64,000 nt of DNA, taken from contig NC_092677.1 in assembly GCF_964355755.1 (NCBI RefSeq), positions 23,547,175 through 23,611,174 on the forward strand. The letters run 5' to 3'. The number at the start of each line of letters is the position of its first letter. Within the stretch, counting starts at the first letter, position 1. The position numbers and the translations under genes are program-made. Shown in pieces: positions 54,790-64,000 of this stretch. The DNA comes from Antedon mediterranea. Its lineage: Eukaryota > Animalia > Echinodermata. Below the pieces are notes generated by a model. That model made no database searches. It saw nothing but the letters and a program-made list of their open reading frames with translations, and was not told where the DNA came from.

Positions 54790-57700
54790 ATGGCAGGTAG
54801 ACTGGACAGTCTTTGGACACATTACACGTCTTTCGAACGTCTACCAGACGATGAAGATAACGAAATACCTACAGCTAATAAATGGTAAGTAACTGCAGTA
54901 TTATACATACAGTTAATACAACAATGTCTGTTTGAAGTTTTTTAAAGTTTTAAGTTTAAAAAAGGTAACCATTTTAAAAGATTGACAAATGCAAAACATG
55001 GCAAGTAAATGGTATGAGAAAGCACACTATTGTATTTGCAATTAATCAATCGTATTATGAATGTTAATAGGGAACACCTAAACCCATTTTTAAATTATAC
55101 TTTTTTAAATAATAAGTTTCTAAGACTTGTTAATTTATAACATATTATGAATACCACCTCACAATTTCTTCCAAAAAGGTTACCAAGGGACCGTATTTTA
55201 CTAATGTGTTTACAAAAATATAACTTGATTGTTATTATGTATTTCCTTTTAGGTTTGAAATTAATTCATTCTTATGTGTTACTTATGGCTTGGCTGAATT
55301 CTTTCTTACGTTGACTGTAGTGTCATCGATAATGAAGGATGTTTTTGATAAATCGGATGAATGTGGAAGTATGTCAATATTCGTTGGTTATAACTACGTT
55401 TCTGTCCTCTTTGTTTTGAGTTGTGCATTGATGATTGTAACTTTTGTATTGGATATATACTGCCGCCGAAATGGACAGGTTCAGCCCGTAACGAGTCAGT
55501 TGGAAATCAATGCTTATGTTAAATGTAATTATCAAAATCAAGTTATTATTAATTAATATTATTTTAAACATTTAAACTCTTATAATATATTTAAGCTGGT
55601 CTTAAAGAATAAGAATAGCATTATATAATATTATCCAAATATTTGTATTATGTTTATAATTTCAGAAACACTTTTTTTTAGAGAATTACATCAATTGATT
55701 GTTTGTCTCTTTACCATAATATTATTACAAATGTACCAATTTGATCAGCTTTAACTATAGGGACCTAAAGTTATTTCATAAAGTTAGCCAAAGCGCCTGA
55801 GTGAAAGAAAGAATACAAATGGGTGTGTAATATTTTATACCTCCATGGTAATATTATGAAACTCCAATGTTATTAAACTTTTCTAACACAAAAAACAGTA
55901 CTATTAATTTCTTCAGCAGATAAGTTACTTTATTACTTGTGTTATACTTTATCTACTCGTAATGAATCGTGGGCAATGACATTCTTTTGTTGAAGGACAC
56001 ACACCCTTAGATTTACCACAAAGCTACAGTTCCACTAACAGGCTTGCCTTTTTATTTTCAGTTGGTTTATATATTTTTGCAGCGGTGGCCGTTGCTGTAA
56101 ATCTATTGGTACTAAGTGAACATCCGGTGACGGTGAATTACCAGATCAATGCTACCTTGTTTATAATCTTGCAGTCCATCTATCTGAAACGTTTCTCCAA
56201 AACCTGTTTTCAACGGTTTACTATTATCAACAGGTAATGGCTATTTAAAAAAAATTAAAATAAACAACCTGATTCTGTAGCTGTCACTAGATAACATCTA
56301 ACTGACTATTGACAGTCATTTAAACTACATCTGGACTGGCTATCAATAGTCAGTTAGATATTATCTAGTGATCCCAGCTGCAGAACCGAGTGCAATAAAT
56401 AATAATTATGACACGAGCAAATATGTCACCTATGCTTATTATGCATATTCATAAATTGTATCTCTTTTATTTTCTTTTTTTTCTCATGAATTCTTTAAGC
56501 CAGCGCGAAAAATCTAAATGTCCAAAAATGTTCCATTAGCCCAAAAAAGCACAATTCATGTCTTCTTCATAATTATATTGTAAACATATAAATATTTGTT
56601 TTGTTTTATTTAGATTTGCAATCACACAGATTCTAGTGACAAACCTATCTCATTGGGTGCTTCTGATTTCATATGAAACATATGTTGACTACAAAGGAAA
56701 CATTAGTAAGTTTTGATAAAGTGATGACAGTTATGGTTTCCTTTTTCTAATAATGTTTTAGAACATAAATTCCGATTCTGCTGATAACACCACTCTTGTA
56801 GTTTCCAATTCATGGATATCTATATAGACATTACAATTTATACATTTCACGAACCTAGTGACAAGGCTCGTACGTAGATGACTGTCAATAGTCAGTTAAT
56901 ATCTACCAGCAAAATCAGGTGAACTATAGGCTACTATAGAAAAATATTGCTGTTTAAAATTAACTATAGCCTAAGTGTTAATGAGGCAATCACAAATGAT
57001 GATGAATATTTAATAAGTTCTCAGAAAAAAAAGCATGCATACAACAAAATTCTTCTAGTTTCTATCAATATGTTTGTTAATACAAGCACTGGTTGTCTTT
57101 CTATTTTAGCTGGCGGTGGCGAGAATTACGAGCAAGCCTTGCCGTACTTGATGGATTGTACCATTGAGTACTGCTTAATTGCTGCTGTTCTGCTTGCTAA
57201 TATGTGGCGGAATGTTGGACTAGTTCCCAAAGAAGAAATTGCACTTTCCAGACCATGGAAATACAGTATCATGTCATCAATATACGGTATAGCCGCCGGT
57301 GTAGTGGTCGCTATAGCCGTTTCCGTGATTGGATCATTTCTTGTACAGATTCCATTAGGTGATGATGCGCACAGAGATGGCAACGCGATTGAGACTTCGG
57401 TTTATCTCCGTATCATTCTCGCGACGGCTGCTGCTATGTGTTCAACGTTTTGCGCGTTCTGTTTGCAATTCTCTTCAGTTGAAGAAAGCAAATCCAATGG
57501 TATAACTCAAGACACAATTCTTCTCTTCTGCTGCTGTGGGTTTCATGCATTGCTTAATATGTACAGCTTACTGGCCTCTTTGGTCTTTAACCACAAAAAA
57601 TATAGAATCTCCTTGTGGGATTCTATCATGTGCCTCATCGGTACACTTTCACAATCGACATTCGTCATATTCGGTCTTATAAGTAAATCGGTTAAACATA

Positions 57701-57942
57701 ATCGAAAAAGAATCGTTCAAAATATACTGATATTTTTGTCGATAACCAATTTGTCCCAATGGATGTTGAGCCATTACGAGTTAAGAATTGACGCATTGTT
57801 TTATCCGCTCGAACGGACAGTTTACGGTAAAATGTCCTGGTACCTTCTTCATCACGTGACAGGCCCAATTGTTTCGTTTTACTATTTTCATTCAGCAACT
57901 TGTCTTTTTGAAATTTGGATAGCAGTATCCTTAATTATTTGA
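54790..57942 (+). CDS. Otopetrin-like proton channel, 5 exons (54790-54884, 55253-55524, 56062-56233, 56614-56705, 57110-57942), 487 aa
   Basis: All introns GT-AG with consistent phases. Otopetrin motifs: RFAITQILVTNLSHW...E, PYLMDCTIEYCLIAA...MW, FLSITNLSQW, YG...W, P..FYYFHSATCLFEIW. Confidence 0.88.
56270..56390. mobile_element. Intronic foldback MITE
   Basis: tcactagataacatctaactgactattga / tcaatagtcagttagatattatctagtga; related pieces near 53890 and 56875. Confidence 0.65.
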
Positions 57943-59216
57943 TTGAAAGATTGATTGTGTAAACAAATCGTCCTCTCATTATCATATCTAGGCACATTAC
58001 ACTTTGTTGTTACACTAGTTTGATAGTGTAGAAAAGCTTTACAGTTTCATTGAATCATATTTAAATTAATCATCTTTAAACATATACATTGAATTAGCCT
58101 AATTATTATTATATCAACATCTAAGTTCTGAGATTATACCAAGTGCTTTAGTCAAAATACGTCATATTATACTAAAATCAATGGTACTGTAAACAAGTAC
58201 ATTAAGTGACTTAATCTTATTGAAAACGAAAGTTTATAAAGCTATCTACAGTAAATTATGAGTTTCAGAAGATATAAAATTACTTTTTTATCTGTTGGTT
58301 TCTGTTTTAGTTTCCCGATGATTAGGGTTAATTACTTAAAATAGCTTTAACAAAAAGTTGATTGATACACATTGATAATTCTCTGGAAATCGTTAAATAT
58401 TAAACGTTAAACAAATAATGGATATGTATTTCATAAACGCCATAGTTTCAAACACAACATGCATTGCGCATGTCTAAAATGGTGTCGAAAAGAAATTAAT
58501 TTGAACGTCGTGGAAATGATTTCCTCATTTCTAAGCAGACACCAGCGTTTAGGTACCGTAAGTAGTCTAAAACCTATAGTATAAAACAGTACAATTTTAA
58601 AATACAGTAGTTTAAATGTAATCATTTTCTACATGCATAGGCTTCTCCTACTGTATAAAATGAAACATTGTACAACCAATGTATATACATGTATACACTA
58701 ATACAAAGATGTTTACCTCTAGGGCTGTAATGAGCTGTACTGTAATTACAATTATAGTTTATTAATAAGATGGCAAATGTGTATAATGTATGCAAGAATT
58801 AAGTGTTAGAAAACATTTATTAAATAAATAAACCTTGTGTAGCATCCGCTAATGTGTTCGATAATATTAGGAACTCGCATTTTGAATAAAATACCTTATA
58901 TAAGAAAAACAAAAGGGTGGAGGAATTGTATGATTGCGTCAAGAAATTATAGTATTCCATTATGTTGGTGGTGCCTGTATAAATACCGTATTAAGTATAT
59001 CGTATATCTTATATCATAATCTATATACTCTTTCAGCTCTACTAATACAAATTTAGATGTTTCTCACTTGGAACAGCCCATTTTAAAGTATAAATAAAAT
59101 ACAAAAATCTTAGAATAAAAACTTGAAAAACTATATTTTTTTTATATTTTACTAATGTACGTGTGTCGTACGTGCAATATACGAGAGAAAAAATGGAATT
59201 GACTTCAATGGTCAGC

Positions 59217-59552
59217 AACATAGAGCAGAACATAGAGAGGAACATAGAGAGGAACATAGAGAGGAACATAGAGAGGAACATAGAGAGGAACATAGAGAGG
59301 AACATAGAGAGGAACATAGAGAGGAACATAGAGAAGAACATAGAGAGGAACATAGAGAGGAACATAGAGAGGAACATAGAGAGGAACATATAGAGGAACA
59401 TAGAGAGGAACATAGAGAGGAACATAGAGAGGAACATAGAGAGGAACATAGAGAGGAACATAGAGAGGAACATAGAGAGGAGCATAGAGAGGAACATAGA
59501 GAGGAACATAGAGAGGAACATATAGAGGAACATAGAGAGGAACATAGAGCAG
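59217..59552. repeat. 12-bp minisatellite (AACATAGAGAGG) x28
   Basis: 336 bp, bounded by AACATAGAGCAG units; TAG variants at 59391 and 59523. Confidence 0.97.
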
Positions 59553-61148
59553 ACTGAATCCACTCCGTTGGTGCTTACAAGAAGACCAGAGAGGTATGAT
59601 ATTCACGTTTTTAACAAATATTTAACAATATTAGAGATATTTCAATTTTCGACCACCGACGGTATATATGAGTTGTCTAGTTGGGCGAAATTTAAAAATG
59701 TTTAATAGTCTACCGATGACCTATAACTACGCCCGGAGCTATCTCAAGACGACTCGTTGATTGTGTGTAGGCCTAAGCGAGTAAGTTCGGACGTCCTTCG
59801 GTGACTTCTATTATATAGGCCCAGGTGAAGACACATCCATCACGTTATAAGTTGAAAGTTCCATGAATAGATATGTTATAGACGGCATCCATATTCAGCA
59901 ATCATTCACCTTATCTAAAATCAGTATTGCTAGTATCTTTTCATGCGTAAATCAATTCATAGGTTTAAGCAACATATGTTGAGTCATGGTGGCAAAGTAT
60001 CGTTTTAATTTGTATTCTCCTAGACTCCAAAATGTATTTTGCAGCGGTAGGTTTAGGTCTAATATGTTGGATTAATTATTTGTGTGATATGATGTAGTTT
60101 ATTTTTTAATCTCCACTAAAGCTATGTCTATCAAACTAGTTTGAAACAAAAAAGTTGTTCCCAAATATGGTAGTGATAAGCCCAAATATAGTAGTGATAT
60201 TGATAGTGTAGAGAGGGCTTAATACAATACGCTTGATTTAAGTTTAGAAACTTCTTAAAGTGCTGGTTTGAAGAAAGTGTATAATGATTTTTCACTTTAG
60301 ATTTCACGCGTGTTCACTGCTGAGTGTTATGTATGGTATGGTATGGTGATCTATCTCTTAGCAATTGTCATAATGACGGCATTTCTGTCTAGCTTAAGGG
60401 AGAATACTAATCCCGTGACTGTTGATGCATTTAACAACTATACCATCGCACTCTACGTTGTCGCTATTTCTTTTGTTATCGGGGATATTGTGTACCTTAG
60501 AGATAATGCACTGGCACCCACTGATACAGAGATGAGCATGGCAAGTAGTCTTCATGTTAAAGGTCGGTCAGCTGTACGATAATATTTGAATAAAATCGAA
60601 AAGAACAGTGAGGCAAAGAGTCGATCCAATCGGAATCGGACCGGTAGGATGTCAGCATTCAGCATTCATTCATCAGTGGAGAATTATTTCCATTTATTGT
60701 CATTTGTATATAAAATATGCATAAAAATTATCTTTGCATACATACATACATGTTGTATAGAAAACAGATAAATAAAACAAACTATTAAAAGTGTCACATC
60801 ACTCTCGTACGTTATAAGTGACAAGCATTCACTGCCGACTTTAAAACCGCGTAAACTTTCCAATTCTTGTGAGTTATTGCGAGGGTGAGTTTCTCTCTTA
60901 TGTATGGTTGCGGTACAATCGTCGTATTTCACAGGGACTAAAAACACCAGAATATTGTAACGTGTGACTCCATTCAATTTTGAAGGCAATTCGGACAATG
61001 ATTCCAGTTATAGACCACTTTTTATTATTTTATTACCGTAAGCTAAGCAGATCTTGATTACGATCCTTTATCCTTTTTCTCTTGTTACTTCCGGCGGAGG
61101 TTGCAACTCTGACTTGCTCTTGTTTCTTTATATCTTCTTTGGTTAAGG

Positions 61149-61190
61149 CATAGAGATATTATAGTGAACTATATATATAATATCTCTATG
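61149..61190. mobile_element. 42-bp palindromic insertion with 7-bp TSD (GTTAAGG)
   Basis: CATAGAGATATTATAGTGAACTATATATATAATATCTCTATG between 61142-61148 and 61191-61197. Confidence 0.85.
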
Positions 61191-61470
61191 GTTAAGGTAA
61201 CACGTCGCTGGCAGTAAGATGGAAGTCAATTGAGCCTTATCTAGATGCATGTAGAATACAGTACTACTTTATAGCTACTGCCATGCTGGCCATTATGTGG
61301 CATAGTATTGGAAAAGAACAGTTACTTCGACAAGTTAAGAAAAAGGACAACAATGTTAATTATTCGACTTGGAATACGAGCATTGCTGTTGTTCTGGGGT
61401 TTTGTGTCATAATATTAGCAATTGCTTCTATCTTTATATCGTCGGGAACTGATATCCAGAATTATTATTA

Positions 61471-63144
61471 CTAGATGGCACGCTCGCTTCGCTCGCGTAC
61501 CATCTAGGTCGTGCCCACAGATGGTTCTCGAATACACAGTATTTCCAGCGAGAAAAAAATGGAGATATCAAATGTACGTACCGCAGGACTATAATACATT
61601 GTCGTTTACAGAAACGAATAAATATACACAATGATTTATGTAGTCAACCAAAATTAGCACCCTGGGAATTACTTCCGAGAGAGAAACAAAATGAGTCAAA
61701 TTTTTTTATTTGGACTCATTTAAACAAACCCAATTTGTGTTTTGTATGTAACATTAAGGGTTGAGGGATGGGGGAAGAATATAGGTACAAAGAGGAAACA
61801 TTTTAAAATATATTCTTAACCACTCAGTAACGAAATATTGTTTTTAATGTTTTATAGGCCTATAAATAATATACCACTAAATACAGTAAAACATTTACGA
61901 TTTAATACGGTACTTTGTTAAAACTCTCACTGTCATAGTCGATTGAAATAGTAAAATACATGTAACGATACACCACTACGACGTTTATATATTTTTAAAT
62001 TATTAATTAATACAAACGTTGAGAAGCAACTGTCAGTAATAACGTTTATTTATTTGTATATTATATGTTTATAATCTAACAGCAGGGCCTACCCACACTC
62101 ACAGTAATAAAGATTATTTGTATATATTTTTATATTACATCTAACAGTACCAACACTCACAGTAAGAAATTTGCGATTCAAATTGCGATCAAAAGTGGTT
62201 AATACCTTAACAGTATTGTACAGCATTGCAATACTATTTATGTTTATTCTCCAAGGGGGCCCATAAATCTAAATCTATACCTCTATGGTTAAACCAAATA
62301 ATTTGGAATGTTTATTTGTATATTATATGTTTATAATCTAACAGTAGGGCCTACCCACACTCACAGTAATAAAGTTTATTTGTATATATTTTTATATTAC
62401 ATCTAACAGTACCAACACTCACAGTAAGAAATTTGCGATTCAAATTGCGATCAAAAGTGGTTAATACCTTAACAGTATTGTACAGCATTGCAATACTATT
62501 TATTTTTGTGGATTTTTACTTTTATGTTAAACCAAGACAACGAAAAGGAATAAAATTACCTTCGTGACGTTTCGCCGACAATCTGTCAGCTGCTTCAGAC
62601 TAATGCCTGGGTTGGAATACTATTTATGTTTATTCTCCAAGGGGGCCCATAAATCTAAATCTATACCTGTATGGTTAAACCAAATAATTTGGAATGTTCC
62701 ATTCATCACAAATCAATACATTTGTAAAAACGTATATTAAATGTATCAAAATAGTATTTTTTTAAAGAAAATCGGCCTGTCTTCAACATTATGATGCTGT
62801 ACTCGAACTGTTCAACCGGTTTTCAGCCATTAAAAACAATTATCGTAGGAGGAGATAGGAAAATGCGAAGCCTCCTCGCATTTTTGTGGCGGGTATTTTT
62901 CAAGATGGACATCCATTAGACAGTGTATACCACGATCGGAAAACACCCCTATTTGGGGCAAATCGTTGAACCTAAATTCGTCAATAACTAATTATCTAAC
63001 TTATTTTAATTAGTAAACAGGGTTACATCAGGTGGTTAAAATCAGTACCGAAAGTACGAACCAACTTTATATACCATCGAGTAAAAATTCTAGAAGTAAG
63101 GCGCGATTTACCGAATTTTGCCCTTACGTAAATTTATATATAGA
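61471..63144 (-). mobile_element. Non-autonomous Helitron
   Basis: Minus strand A|TC...GTACGCGAGCGAAGCGAGCGTGC hairpin...CTAG|T; removing it restores the otopetrin frame; internal 262-bp tandem duplication (62049/62311). Confidence 0.85.
62504..62615 (-). mobile_element. Penelope-like pLTR fragment with a degenerate minimal hammerhead ribozyme (62566-62598)
   Basis: 12-bp TSD AATACTATTTAT; minus strand CTGAAGCA-GCTGACA-GAT-TGTCGGC-GAAA-CGTC. Confidence 0.65.
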
Positions 63145-64000
63145 TTATTATTGGATATATTGGATTATATTGAATATCATAACACTGTTTTCAGTCACCG
63201 TGCTGTTCGTCGTCTCTAGACGTCGCTATGGAGTTTTTCAACAGTATACTTTCCCATGTCACCTGGATGAACTTATAATCGGGCTTTGCCTTGTGTTTTG
63301 GATTTTGCAAGAGATGTACTCAGTTCTCAGTGTGATTGTAGAGCTATGGTGCTCCAATATGCAGTATATAGCATTGGCAGCCAAAGTGGTTATACAAAGC
63401 TTACTAATAATTCAGAGCTTACGATTTAAAGTAACTGTTCCAACTGCCCACTGGTACAAATCCATGTTGCTTTTCCTGTCGATGTCCAACCTAGCCTGGT
63501 GGATCATCACAATGACGGAACTGAAGAACGACCCGGAACACATCTACATACAGGATACAGAAACAGTTTTATGGCAAAAATACGTATGACCTGATTCATG
63601 GTATCACAGGCCCATTCGTTGTGTTCTATTACTACCAATCGAGTGTTTGCTTCTTTGAAATGTGGATGACACATAACCGTCGGATAATTACTGTAAAAGT
63701 ATCAACCGATTAAAATAATTACTTTGAAACTCATTACACACATTTACACGCGCGGTAGGCTACACAATTCAATACATTAGTCTAGTCAGGATAATAGCAA
63801 ACTTTACCAAAGCTTTTTTTTCGCAAACTCCGAGTTTGAACAAAACAAAAATGTTCTTAAAACTAGTCTCTGTTACTGGGGGTGTTTGCTCACCAGAAAA
63901 ACATTACAAAGACTTTGATATGATTCACAATCTCAAATTGAGAAAATTCATTTTCTTCTAAAAAAATAATAGGGAAGATTGGATTATTATGTTTATTTAC

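Larger units (their letters stand above)
59193..63713 (+). pseudogene. Otopetrin-like pseudogene (exons 59193-59593, 60301-60562, 61197-61470 + 63145-63713)
   Basis: Same exon phases and motifs as the upstream gene (EPYLDACRIQYYFIA..MW, FLSMSNLAWW, GPFVVFYYYQSSVCFFEMW). Has in-frame stops, two frameshifts, missing exons and a Helitron insertion. Confidence 0.85.

Noticed and set aside
59217-59552. CATAGAGA in the minisatellite matching the P-like TIR start
   Set aside because: Only an 8-bp match, explained by the coding NIE codons; no inverted partner.
59042-59606. Minus-strand ORFs (SMFL)n and (YVPL)n
   Set aside because: Reading-frame artefacts of the 12-bp minisatellite.

Overview
AT-rich animal genomic DNA with spliceosomal introns; a marine invertebrate or echinoderm is likely but only inferred from the SINE and MITE types. 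Bases 1-33 kb are mostly non-coding and full of transposon debris: tRNA-derived SINEs, MITEs, a 26/27-bp minisatellite, a Tx1-like ORF1 relic and a HIRAN-carrying TIR element. A possible spliced minus-strand non-coding transcript also lies there. Bases ~33.1-53.2 kb hold a tandem array of ~3.3-kb units. Each unit pairs a minus-strand two-exon orphan gene (180-187 aa, very acidic, lysine-poor) with 1-3 divergently oriented tRNA-Lys(UUU) genes. There are 6 intact gene copies, 1 truncated copy and 11 tRNA copies, one with its anticodon shifted to UAU. Bases 54.8-63.7 kb hold an intact 5-exon otopetrin-like gene and a tandem paralogue disabled by many independent lesions, including a Helitron that carries a Penelope-type hammerhead remnant. 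A 31-42 bp CATAG...CTATG palindrome with 7-bp target duplications occurs at three independent sites and resembles P-element excision footprints.
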